This document shows, in pieces, positions 48,210-57,753 of a stretch of 64,000 nt of DNA. The stretch comes from a virus (lineage: Duplodnaviria; Caudoviricetes): positions 1 to 64,000 of the IMG/VR virus record IMGVR_UViG_3300032290_001644; one strand, written 5' to 3'. How positions within the stretch are numbered: position 1 is the stretch's first letter; each line of letters begins with the position of its first letter. The translations under genes were made by a program, and so were the position numbers. Below the pieces are notes generated by a model, which saw only the letters and a program-made list of their open reading frames with translations, searched no databases and was not told where the DNA came from.

Positions 48210-48388
48210 AACCATGTCTACTCATCACACCTAAAAACAAGTATGACTTTGAATTCACTTTTGTGGATACCAGAGGCCGTAAGCAATCCAAAGCTCCAAA
48301 AAACTTCAGTATCACTCAAGAAGATGTGTACCTCAAGCAGGGAGCCGTCTTTGTAAATATCAGGGGCCACCTTTATACACATGAATGA
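48170..48388 (+). CDS. Hypothetical protein
   Basis: Coupled small ORF. Confidence 0.35.
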   Translation: MGNLLFIFRSTSMKPCLLITPKNKYDFEFTFVDTRGRKQSKAPKNFSITQEDVYLKQGAVFVNIRGHLYTHE

Positions 48389-48680
48389 CTCTGCCTTTAT
48401 GATCTTTGCCAAAGAGCTAGCCACTCTATTGGAACAAAAAAACCAAGCGTATGGCGATGCTTTCGCTAAGACTACTCAAATCCTTGAGCTACTCTACCCC
48501 AATGGTATCCAAAAAGAGCAGTACAAAGATGTACATGTCATTGTACGAATGCTTGACAAGATTTCTAGAATTGCAAGAGACAATGACCCAATGGGGGAGT
48601 CTCCCTATCAAGACATAGCTGGATATAGCATACTGGCTTGTGTACAACGGAAAACTAATGAGACTGATACTCAACGATAA
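48381..48680 (+). CDS. Nucleotide-modification-associated domain 1 (Nmad1/DUF1599)-like protein
   Basis: KNQAYGDAF...RMLDKISRI...DIAGYSIL. Confidence 0.65.
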   Translation: MNDSAFMIFAKELATLLEQKNQAYGDAFAKTTQILELLYPNGIQKEQYKDVHVIVRMLDKISRIARDNDPMGESPYQDIAGYSILACVQRKTNETDTQR

Positions 48681-49158
48681 ACTTAGATTTTATTACTTAA
48701 ATCCAGATGAAAATGAGAAATTTTGGGCAAGTAAGCACCGATCGATGCAAGAGATGATTTCAGATGCTTGTAGAGATTTCCCGATAAAATCCATCATGCT
48801 ACATCCTAAACGAGACTGGTCTTACCTAGAGATTGAGGCTCACTTTGGGATGGATGATGAGACAACCAATCCGCCAAAGTCTTTTTTTATCTGGTACGGT
48901 AGATTTGAGGTTGTGGGGGATATCTCTGATATGCAAGACTCATATACGCCAACACGACTCAATTTCTCATACACTTTATGTACGGATCAAAATCCAGTGC
49001 ATCACCTTGGCCTTAAACGCACCAATATTTTACAACTTGAGGGGGATAAGGGTATTCCACTTAGCGAAATTGCATCCGTGTGTAGATCATATATAGGTAC
49101 ACCTGCTGCATGGTGGTCTATGCTACTCTCTATGTGTGATAACAAGAATGAACAATAA
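48640..49158 (+). CDS. Hypothetical protein
   Basis: ORF in operon. Confidence 0.4.
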   Translation: MYNGKLMRLILNDKLRFYYLNPDENEKFWASKHRSMQEMISDACRDFPIKSIMLHPKRDWSYLEIEAHFGMDDETTNPPKSFFIWYGRFEVVGDISDMQDSYTPTRLNFSYTLCTDQNPVHHLGLKRTNILQLEGDKGIPLSEIASVCRSYIGTPAAWWSMLLSMCDNKNEQ

Positions 49159-49249
49159 TGAAAAAGTTTTATTGATTAGCACTCTTTATATATATAAGTA
49201 ACTTTTAAATTGTTTATCCTACAAATAAAAAATAAGGATAAATTCGATC

Positions 49250-50275
49250 ATGGACGATTTACAACTACTGGCGTCATACATAGAAACGCCAACTGATACG
49301 GATATACTACAATTGCTCGCTCGACGGTGCAAGCCAGTACTAGATCAAATGGGTCTCGATGAAAAGATTGAGGCTCAAGTCGTCAAGAAGATAGGTCTTG
49401 ATGCATGGTGTGATATCCACAAAATTGACGGGACAATCGCAAGACTGATCTATGTATATCTAGGACAAGTGAAAACAAAGGTATCTAAGACGACTATGTC
49501 CCCAAAAGATCTGCATAGGATGATCTTAGCGGGGAAATCAACCGCTTATATGGCTCGTAAGCTGAATGTGCATCGTGACTCGGTAAGAAGAGCAATCGTA
49601 AAATTCGGGTATGTCGAGCTTTATGAAAGTAATCGTAAGCGTAGCAAGGTTAAAAAGATTGTTTCCCTACTGGAGAGTAATTCACAAATCACAAATCTTG
49701 AGATTGCCAAAATTGTAGGCACTCAAGAGTCATATGTAGCGAAGATCAGACATACTCATGGTTTCACGATCAAGACACGAAAGCCACCAGCTGAGTATCT
49801 GGAGCAAAAATTGATAGAAGGCTTATGTGCCAAAGAAATTGCTAGTGAGCTTGGATTGTCTCACCGTACAATTCAAACCTACCTATCAGGCTATGGGATA
49901 AAAGTCGGAGACTCCCCCGCTTATCGATCAGTACCTGCAAGACGAATTGAGGCCTTACTCATAGAAAAGAAGTCAATTGCAGAGATAGCGGATATCCTAT
50001 GCAAAGCGGAAAGCACGATCAAAACATATATTTACCATCATAAACTTAGTCATTTGATTATTAGAAAATTCGACGATCCAGAGCTACCTATTAAGATCAG
50101 ATCCATGAGAGATGAAGGATACACAAATTCGAAAATTGCCGAGACGCTCGATGTTTCCGTCAGCTATGTTTGTGCAGTAGTCAAGAGACTGGGGATGCCA
50201 TCAAGACGCCACGCCGTACAAAAACAATTCACACTCTTTGATAATTTTGATGAAATTTTAAACCGCTTAAAATAA
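49250..50275 (+). CDS. Five-HTH array protein
   Basis: Units STAYMARKLNV, TNLEIAKIVGT, CAKEIASELGL, SIAEIADILCK and TNSKIAETLDV; QFTLF near the C-terminus. Confidence 0.75.
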   Translation: MDDLQLLASYIETPTDTDILQLLARRCKPVLDQMGLDEKIEAQVVKKIGLDAWCDIHKIDGTIARLIYVYLGQVKTKVSKTTMSPKDLHRMILAGKSTAYMARKLNVHRDSVRRAIVKFGYVELYESNRKRSKVKKIVSLLESNSQITNLEIAKIVGTQESYVAKIRHTHGFTIKTRKPPAEYLEQKLIEGLCAKEIASELGLSHRTIQTYLSGYGIKVGDSPAYRSVPARRIEALLIEKKSIAEIADILCKAESTIKTYIYHHKLSHLIIRKFDDPELPIKIRSMRDEGYTNSKIAETLDVSVSYVCAVVKRLGMPSRRHAVQKQFTLFDNFDEILNRLK

Positions 50276-50352
50276 ATATAAAAAAATTTTTAAATTCTCT
50301 TGACTATATAAACAATTTATTATATCTTGATTTTACAAAGCAAAACAAACCA
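50271..50352 (+). promoter_or_regulatory. Early promoter, copy 1
   Basis: TTGACT (50300)-N17-TATCTT; CAAAGCAAAACAAACC leader; near-duplicate of 51247-51329. Confidence 0.8.
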
Positions 50353-50374
50353 CTTCCCAAAAAGGAAAAACCAA

Positions 50375-51235
50375 ATGAAATCCATTTTTCAATTCACACA
50401 CACAACAACACTCGCAACCGCTCACATCATCGTTGATGGCTCAAAGTTTTCTCTCGTAAATGCACAAGGCATCCCCCTCTGCACAAGCCAAATCACAACC
50501 TCTGAATTTTCCCCCATGCTTGTTGTCACTGCAAAAAGCTTAGGATACAAGATGACTGGCATCCAACACTTTGAAATCATCTTCGAACAAGTGGCTCACG
50601 ATACAGCAGATCAAATTCATGTCTTGGTAGACGCTGTTGCTCAAACCGTTGACGCTGTTGCTCAAGTGATTGAAACCTCCGCTATCGCAATTCAAGAAAT
50701 GCAAGATGATGATTGTACATGTGTAGATCAAGTCAAATCTCTTCGTGGTATGATCAATAGCAGCTTTGCTATGGTCAACCAATTACAAAAGAGTTTGAAC
50801 GCTCTATCCTATGATCTAGAGTCTTGTATGGATAAACTCATGGACGCCTCTGGTGAAGTACAAGTGGCCGAGCTTTTTGAGACTACCGAACAAGAAGAAA
50901 CTCGTATCAAGGAAGATCAAATTGCAGAGGCACATAAAAAAGCATCAGCACTTGGTCTCTCTTCTGAAATCAAAGATGAAACTTTCATGATGCCTTACAG
51001 CCGTGATAGAAAGCCAGGTATCAAAGATAGACTCTTGATTTCTTACGGCAAGACTGAATATCTCATCATTGCTGGAGACGACGGCGAGGCATTTACCTTG
51101 TGTCAGTGGTATGATAGAGCTGGTGGCACTACTGGTGAGTATACTACAACGCATACCAACCTCATGGATTTCTTAGATGAGATTGAGGATGACATGATTG
51201 CGTTTGATGCTGAGAATGAAGAGTACCAGTACTAA
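50375..51235 (+). CDS. Acidic early protein
   Basis: AAGGA RBS; D/E-rich; internal 21-bp duplication (VDAVAQT VDAVAQV). Confidence 0.55.
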   Translation: MKSIFQFTHTTTLATAHIIVDGSKFSLVNAQGIPLCTSQITTSEFSPMLVVTAKSLGYKMTGIQHFEIIFEQVAHDTADQIHVLVDAVAQTVDAVAQVIETSAIAIQEMQDDDCTCVDQVKSLRGMINSSFAMVNQLQKSLNALSYDLESCMDKLMDASGEVQVAELFETTEQEETRIKEDQIAEAHKKASALGLSSEIKDETFMMPYSRDRKPGIKDRLLISYGKTEYLIIAGDDGEAFTLCQWYDRAGGTTGEYTTTHTNLMDFLDEIEDDMIAFDAENEEYQY

Positions 51236-51246
51236 GCAAGATTAAT

Positions 51247-51329
51247 AAATAAATATAAAAAAAATTTTAAATTTCTCTTGACTATATAAACAAATCATTA
51301 TATACATAAATTACAAAGCAAAACAAACC
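51247..51329 (+). promoter_or_regulatory. Early promoter, copy 2
   Basis: TTGACT (51278)-N17-TATACA; same leader as copy 1. Confidence 0.8.
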
Positions 51330-51345
51330 TACAAAGGAAAACAAA

Positions 51346-52242
51346 ATGTTTATCGATTTCGACGCAATCATTGCACAAGAAAACCAAACCACAAAATTAG
51401 AAACCGTTCGCACCTATGTTGACGCCAAAGGCCGCAAGTACTTCGTACGCTATACCGATGAAAACAATGGATCTTTCCATGTTGTGCGTGAAGATGGCTA
51501 CTATGTTGTCCCCATGGCTTATGATGCACATACCTGCTTCTTGCTCTGTGATGCTAATGGTCTCGTAGAAGAGAGTAAGGTTGTCGTTGCTCAAGCTCAA
51601 GCAGTAGCTGCAATCGATGATGAAATCAAAGTACTTGAAGAAAAGCTTGCACAAATGAAGGCAGAAAAACAAGCAATTGTAGATGCAGTAGAAATCAAGT
51701 CTGCTGAATGCAAGATCGGGATTTTTCATGTAGAGATTGCTGTTGGTACTCGCCACTTTACCACAATCGAGGTATCTAGCTCTGAAGGCAGATTGTTTAC
51801 TGGCTTTACAAGAGTGAGTCATGCAATCGCAGGCAAGACCGAAATCTTAAGACTGCTTACCCAAATTGCCAAGGCAAGCAGCATGTCTTCCTTGATCGAT
51901 ACCATCAACGCAAATCGAGGTGCTGGCGAGAGTTTGGTTGACTGGAATGTGAGACTCGAAGATGATGAGTTTACGGTAGCACTACATAGGACAGGCTTTT
52001 ACGCTCAAGGCCTTGGGATTGATGAGCAGTATGATGCACCAGCAGATATCAAAACCTTGGAAGAGGCAACCTTGTGGTTTGAAAAAAATCTCATGCCAAC
52101 CTGGATTGCATACCGTCAATCTTGTGACATTGATCATGCTCAAACACTTTGCCAAATCGCTCTCGATTGTGGTTGTACTCAGTACGAAGATGAAGACGAG
52201 TACGAATTTAGCGACAATGATGCTTGGAAGAGATGGGAATAG
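51346..52242 (+). CDS. Acidic early protein
   Basis: Downstream of promoter copy 2; coiled coil and acidic C-terminus. Confidence 0.55.
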   Translation: MFIDFDAIIAQENQTTKLETVRTYVDAKGRKYFVRYTDENNGSFHVVREDGYYVVPMAYDAHTCFLLCDANGLVEESKVVVAQAQAVAAIDDEIKVLEEKLAQMKAEKQAIVDAVEIKSAECKIGIFHVEIAVGTRHFTTIEVSSSEGRLFTGFTRVSHAIAGKTEILRLLTQIAKASSMSSLIDTINANRGAGESLVDWNVRLEDDEFTVALHRTGFYAQGLGIDEQYDAPADIKTLEEATLWFEKNLMPTWIAYRQSCDIDHAQTLCQIALDCGCTQYEDEDEYEFSDNDAWKRWE

Positions 52243-52243
52243 C

Positions 52244-52663
52244 CTAGCCTACCCACTCGACCAAATGAGGTGATTTTCTAATATCTACATGTATCCAACC
52301 ACGATCGTAAAAGCCTAAACCTTTAAAATCCCATTTCTTTGCTTTGATACCCTCTCTCACAAATTTGTGAAAAGTTTTGATATCCATATCACGAGCATAG
52401 CAATCGACAGCACTGGCAGTGATATGCTGACTCTTAGTAGCTCCCCCAATTTCTTGGTTGTACTCTGCTGCTCTATACCCACTGGTGATGATGATAGGCT
52501 TGCCTAGTGCATCTCTCACTTTTTGTAGCTCAATCAATAGTTTTTTCGCATTGTCTAGGTACTCATCTGGTATCACTGAACGAAACTCAAGCTCCGATAA
52601 ATTGAAATTTGTAGTCACTTGTATGTCATGCTTCTGCTCTGATTTTAAAAGTTGCGGTTTCAT
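52244..52663 (-). CDS. Peptidase M15A endolysin-like protein (likely start MKPQ)
   Basis: NFNLSEL, ITSGYR, SQH, AVD, GLGFY, WIHVD. Confidence 0.88.
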   Translation of the reverse strand: MKPQLLKSEQKHDIQVTTNFNLSELEFRSVIPDEYLDNAKKLLIELQKVRDALGKPIIITSGYRAAEYNQEIGGATKSQHITASAVDCYARDMDIKTFHKFVREGIKAKKWDFKGLGFYDRGWIHVDIRKSPHLVEWVG

Positions 52664-52831
52664 CGTGGATCCTTTATTCTGTTGGTGGCAATCAAGCCAT
52701 GTTTTTGGGGGAGTAGGTGCAACGCCTCTCCCCCTTAAATTTAAATATTTTTTAAACTTTTGTTTGATAAGCCTTCTTATATACGATATCATATAAATAC
52801 AAAGCAAAAACAAATTTCACATGGAGTACAG

Positions 52832-53401
52832 ATGCTAAAGAAGAGAGATATGCTGGTATATATCCCAGATGAATTGGTAGAGCGATGCAAAAGAGTGGCC
52901 AAAAGAAGAACGGATGAAAATCAAGCTCGTAAGTATTTTAGGGATGTGAAGAAGTCAAGCGAGTCTCAAGAAACGATTGAGCTTCGGGGGATTGTATGTG
53001 AGGCCAGTCTTGCTCTCACACTGGATCTTGATATTGAGCAAGTCTTTAAAACTGGGGTACGGTCAGCGGTAAGGGGTAGCGATTTGGGGGACCTGGTCTA
53101 TGACAATTGCTATATCGATGTAAAAGGGGTACGATACCCCCATTCAAACTTGCTCGTATCCATGACTAAGAAAAATACCATGATTGATGTTTTCGTACTT
53201 GTGCATGAGAGTGAATGGGGTAATCGTTTCCTAGGTGCTATTCCCTTCCATAAGGCCTTTGGTCAAAAGATTGTGCTTCAAGACGGTACTGATCTTGGCA
53301 ATGGGGTAAAACAAGCCGATCTTCTTGATCTTGATGATGCTATCCAACAAGCTAAGGCTGAACGAGAACGAATTAGAAGTTTGAGGCCTCGACTCTTATA
53401 A
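52832..53401 (+). CDS. Hypothetical protein, possible PD-(D/E)XK fold
   Basis: G..CEAS...DLGD...IDVKG pattern; own promoter at 52.74-52.81 kb. Confidence 0.45.
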   Translation: MLKKRDMLVYIPDELVERCKRVAKRRTDENQARKYFRDVKKSSESQETIELRGIVCEASLALTLDLDIEQVFKTGVRSAVRGSDLGDLVYDNCYIDVKGVRYPHSNLLVSMTKKNTMIDVFVLVHESEWGNRFLGAIPFHKAFGQKIVLQDGTDLGNGVKQADLLDLDDAIQQAKAERERIRSLRPRLL

Positions 53402-54188
53402 TATCACCGAAAAAGCCTAGATTTGAATTGTAAATGGATGAAAAGATTTGTGGCTCGGCTTGAGGTGTCCATTCCCTCGATAAAAGCTTGCCATGTATAC
53501 CAGCAGATAAAATTTGCTCCCACGCATAGGCTATCACTGATGAGATATCACTTGATGCAAAATAGAGAGCTGGGGTATCCCCCGACACTTGAGCTTGTGG
53601 TACAAGGATACCACCATTTGGATCAGTCTCTCTAGGCTCGCCGTCTTCTCTCATGTATGTCACTGGTGCACTAAAGATCGATCCATCAACATATACGGCA
53701 AACAAGCCTTTGTCATCTTGTGCTATCCAAAAGGGTAAAAGCTTAATCGTGTATGTTGTACCACTTACAAAATTGGCTTTGTTCCACAAACTGGTATCTA
53801 TATCACTAAAGATCAAATTTGTAGATCCGCTTACACGCTCCAGATAGTAGATCTTGCCGTCTATCTCTACCCACCTACCTTCATATCGAGTATGAAAATC
53901 AGTGCCTTGTAGTGTACGACTACCTATAGCAATGACTTGTGTCTCGGTGCTATCAATCCAACCTTGTAGCAAATTTTTGAAAAAGGCAAAGGCTGTGCCT
54001 ACTGTACCCCTTGCTCCATAGGCAACTGAGCGAAGAGCCTCTCTCACATATTGCTCTGGAATAAAAGGCAAGCGGTGAAAGCCGTACATCGATAAAATCC
54101 GTTGAAAATCAATGCCTTTTGCTCTATGCAATAAAGTTTCATTCTTGATCTGATCTGCTTTAGATATCGGATATAACATAGGAAACAA
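53373..54188 (-). CDS. Baseplate/tail protein
   Basis: Last gene of the tail operon. Confidence 0.45.
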   Translation of the reverse strand: MFPMLYPISKADQIKNETLLHRAKGIDFQRILSMYGFHRLPFIPEQYVREALRSVAYGARGTVGTAFAFFKNLLQGWIDSTETQVIAIGSRTLQGTDFHTRYEGRWVEIDGKIYYLERVSGSTNLIFSDIDTSLWNKANFVSGTTYTIKLLPFWIAQDDKGLFAVYVDGSIFSAPVTYMREDGEPRETDPNGGILVPQAQVSGDTPALYFASSDISSVIAYAWEQILSAGIHGKLLSREWTPQAEPQIFSSIYNSNLGFFGDIIRVEASNF

Positions 54189-54996
54189 CCCCCCCTCTTA
54201 GAATGTTGGATGCAAGCTTGGTGAATTGAAGATTTCGGAAGGTTGTATTTGTCTTGCTTGTATATGTGAATAAGCGATTTTCCACAAATAGCGAGCCTTG
54301 ATCGGGGAAACCGATTGTGCTTTCTACATGCAAGATCTGATCCGCTAGATCATCAAAATCACTGACCAAAATCGTCGTTGGTTGTCCTACTAGATTGTGT
54401 ATTTGCTCCCCTACCGTAAGCAACATGCTTTCAAGTACGCCAAAATCATAGGTATCTTTGCCAATTGGATCAATACGGCTATCTCGTGGACCAGTAGCAA
54501 GAGATGGGGGGATTTGCTTCCTCATAGAATAAACTGATGATGCTCTAAATCGATCCACTACGACAAGCGAGTCATCAAGCCGTAAACTTTGGAAATTCCC
54601 CCACTCAACAAGAATTGAATATGTACCCTTTGCAAGCGGTGGGACATAACACACAACCATAGTCTGCCAAACATCAGTGTAGCAGTTACCTTGAGACTGG
54701 GGAAAGCCACCATGGGAAATAGCTTGAGTCATCCCTTGATCATCAATAAAAGATACTTTGAAACCGCCAACAGATAGGGGGTAGCGGGTAGTGCTTGCAA
54801 GTGTTTTCCAATCGGCATAGATATGGAGACGAGTACCCCCATGATTAGGTACAATCGCATGACTTAGTGAGCTAGAGGCTACCACTTGATCATAAGGTGA
54901 GCCAAAACCGGTATCTCTTAGTGATGGGGTATATGGTGAGCCAAAGCCAGCGTTTGTCGCTTGGGGATATATCGGTGAGCCAAAGCCTGTTTCCAT
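54160..54996 (-). CDS. Baseplate/tail protein with TGFGSP repeats
   Basis: Three GFGSP repeats at the N-terminus; operon context. Confidence 0.45.
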   Translation of the reverse strand: METGFGSPIYPQATNAGFGSPYTPSLRDTGFGSPYDQVVASSSLSHAIVPNHGGTRLHIYADWKTLASTTRYPLSVGGFKVSFIDDQGMTQAISHGGFPQSQGNCYTDVWQTMVVCYVPPLAKGTYSILVEWGNFQSLRLDDSLVVVDRFRASSVYSMRKQIPPSLATGPRDSRIDPIGKDTYDFGVLESMLLTVGEQIHNLVGQPTTILVSDFDDLADQILHVESTIGFPDQGSLFVENRLFTYTSKTNTTFRNLQFTKLASNILRGGVVSYVISDI

Positions 54997-55009
54997 GATT
55001 GACTCCTTC

Positions 55010-56371
55010 TTATACTACATAGGCTGTGATGGTACCAGCTAGACCATAACCATGGTGAAAAGGTTGTGTTAGCGTACGAATACCAAACCATTCACCATTT
55101 GCGATACTGATAGGATTTGCTGATAAATCTAAGCTACCAGGTAGTGGACGATGGTTCTTAAAACTCACATTTGTTGATCGTAGTACGGAGATTGTTGAGC
55201 TTTGAGTGGTCCATGTATTTTGAGCAAGAGCTCCCTCATCATTGATACATTTCACTAGATCAAAAGTGTAATCACTTGTCCCACCATCCTTGGATCCACC
55301 ACTGAAAACTACTAGATCAATATGCGTAATTTTGATTGTGCTTCCAGTGGTATTCCTCCAGATCAGATGAGGATGCAAAGCGATTTCATCAGTAAAATCT
55401 TTTGATAAAGTACCTTGGTTGAAAATCCCCGTTACATTTGTATTTGATATGTCTTTTGTACCTACTGCAATCGTGGTTGTCGTTTGTTGGCTATAGGTAA
55501 TCCATGAGGTAGGTAATGTTGTGTTTGAGCTTGTGCTGATGGTAATGGATGAGCTACCATCAAAGGAGGCTGATCCACTGACTGCACCACTTAAAGCAAT
55601 TGTTCTAGGAGTGGCCAATTTGGTAGCGGTTGCAGCATTTGCATTGATAGATGAAGGCAAGCTCAAGGTGATACGAACATCGTTATCAACCTTTGATCTA
55701 GCAACCTCAATCTCATTTGTCGTACCATGAAAAGATAACTTATCACTGGCCAAATCAACGACGGTAAGCGGTAGCACTACATCATTAGCACTTACATTTA
55801 GATTAGGACTTGGGATTGTTGGCAAGTCTTGATTTTTCCATCCTAGAACGGAATCATATCTTAGAGCTTGTCCCTCAGTTGGTGCATTGATAGAAACATC
55901 AGTCAATTCGTTCAAGGTTGTGGCACCGCTGAAATGCTCAACCTCATCAACTAGCGTATTATAAATGGAGGACCAATTCTTTTCGCCAGTAGACGGCTTC
56001 TGAAGGCCTTTATTCTCTGATAGTACACGAATATGAACAAAAGAAGATTGAGGTGCTAAAATAGCATCGCTCTGGCTTGTTTCCCCCGTGCTTGTGTTGG
56101 TAGCAATCAAGAAAACTCTATAATTCCCCCAAATATCAACATTGTTCAAGATAGGATTTTGGATAGTGGTACTACTCAAGGTTGCACTACTGCCACTTGG
56201 TTTTGAGAGCGACCATGAATAGAGAAAACTTGCACTTGGGTGATTACTATCTTGTGCTTGACCATAAAGCTGGATGTTTGTTTGTGGTAGGCTTACACTA
56301 GCTAGATCAATGATCTTATCATGCTGACTAGCTACTGGGTTTGATTGACTACTTGTATATGTGATGATCAT
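55010..56371 (-). CDS. Tail fibre/spike-like protein with PKD-like N-terminus
   Basis: YSWSL...IQNP...YRVFL PKD-like segment; LNELTDVSINAPTEGQAL motif shared with the long fibre. Confidence 0.6.
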   Translation of the reverse strand: MIITYTSSQSNPVASQHDKIIDLASVSLPQTNIQLYGQAQDSNHPSASFLYSWSLSKPSGSSATLSSTTIQNPILNNVDIWGNYRVFLIATNTSTGETSQSDAILAPQSSFVHIRVLSENKGLQKPSTGEKNWSSIYNTLVDEVEHFSGATTLNELTDVSINAPTEGQALRYDSVLGWKNQDLPTIPSPNLNVSANDVVLPLTVVDLASDKLSFHGTTNEIEVARSKVDNDVRITLSLPSSINANAATATKLATPRTIALSGAVSGSASFDGSSSITISTSSNTTLPTSWITYSQQTTTTIAVGTKDISNTNVTGIFNQGTLSKDFTDEIALHPHLIWRNTTGSTIKITHIDLVVFSGGSKDGGTSDYTFDLVKCINDEGALAQNTWTTQSSTISVLRSTNVSFKNHRPLPGSLDLSANPISIANGEWFGIRTLTQPFHHGYGLAGTITAYVV

Positions 56372-56375
56372 GGTT

Positions 56376-57749
56376 TTATCCTACGGTAACATCGATTGAA
56401 AGCATGGTGATATTATAGATATTGATATTGAATGAGGCATTTAAAAAATCTCTTCTTCTGATCTTGAAACCAATTGCAGTTTGCAAGACACCATTCACAT
56501 CCACATACTCAACCGATTGCACTTTGTTGGCTGTCACAATATCATCGACAGTACCGTTTAGAAGAATATCAAAGCCTTTTTGATCTTGATTTTGAAATTG
56601 AAATTCGTAGGTGTTAACTGGATTGATATCTGGTACCACCGTGTGTAGTGTACATGTAAATAACTTGTCCAGATATGCAGCAGGTACCACTACCACATAT
56701 GTTGCCAAGGCTGATCGAACGGATGCATTATTTGTATTGATTGCTTGAGGGGTATATGGTGAATTGAGCACATTACCATATTCAACCAGCGTTGTATAGT
56801 CTTGCTTGATATCTAAATTGAAATCATCTAGCGTGTTTTGTGTAAGCGTAATCGTATTTGAATAAGGGTCTCGAAGATCTAGAACATGCTTGAGATTGAT
56901 TGAGCTTCTCTTCTTTTTAGCAATAAAAGTATTGAAACTTGTAGTTAGTGATGCAAGCGAAACATTGATATCATTGATCTTTGATTTTAGATGCTCCAGG
57001 CCTTCTTGTAAGCCTCCAATACCGACTGGATTATCGTTAGCAATCCATTCACTTGCGTTATCGGTAAGGGGGGAATTTCCAACAAGTTGATCCGCTAGAT
57101 AATAAGGTGTAATCCCCGCCAACGACAATTGAACGGTACTACCTGAAAGAGACCATTGAGTGATACGGCCAATTAGAGACCATGCTTCACCATCATCACC
57201 TAAATCACTAGGTACGCCAACACTAAAGATTGTGCTTTCAATTTGTCTCGTTGCAATCGCTTGAGTAACTTCTGCACCATCTACGACGGACCAAAAACGG
57301 CGGTTTTGTGTACTACCACTACTAAGCACTCTCTTGGCAAAGATCGGGGGGTAGAATTGTGCATGTGTTGCAGAAACATAGCTTGCACTGGTAGGTCTAG
57401 GGGGGAGTGCTGAATTTGTTGTGTAGTAAATTTGAGTAAGTGCATGAGCTACGGTAAAATCGCAATTCCCATTTGTTGCACTTGTACGGTGCAAGCATAC
57501 GGTACCTTGAGTAGCATCATCCCCGCTAATCGTACGAGCAAAATAACTGAAATCACTAAAGGCAATTAACTTACTTGAATTGTTGATTGTGCTTGAGCTA
57601 TCCCACTTCTTAAGCAAGCCTCCACCAGTGGTAACTAAGCCACCAAGCAAGCGACTGACTTGCTCATGCACGATGTCTTGTAAGCCTTGCACATCTTCAA
57701 GATCAAGTCTTTCAAGTGGTTGTAATAGTACTTTTTTTTCAATAGCCAT
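56376..57749 (-). CDS. Baseplate-associated structural protein
   Basis: Downstream of baseplate J; ERLDLEDVQGLQ N-terminus. Confidence 0.5.
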   Translation of the reverse strand: MAIEKKVLLQPLERLDLEDVQGLQDIVHEQVSRLLGGLVTTGGGLLKKWDSSSTINNSSKLIAFSDFSYFARTISGDDATQGTVCLHRTSATNGNCDFTVAHALTQIYYTTNSALPPRPTSASYVSATHAQFYPPIFAKRVLSSGSTQNRRFWSVVDGAEVTQAIATRQIESTIFSVGVPSDLGDDGEAWSLIGRITQWSLSGSTVQLSLAGITPYYLADQLVGNSPLTDNASEWIANDNPVGIGGLQEGLEHLKSKINDINVSLASLTTSFNTFIAKKKRSSINLKHVLDLRDPYSNTITLTQNTLDDFNLDIKQDYTTLVEYGNVLNSPYTPQAINTNNASVRSALATYVVVVPAAYLDKLFTCTLHTVVPDINPVNTYEFQFQNQDQKGFDILLNGTVDDIVTANKVQSVEYVDVNGVLQTAIGFKIRRRDFLNASFNINIYNITMLSIDVTVG

Positions 57750-57753
57750 GTTA

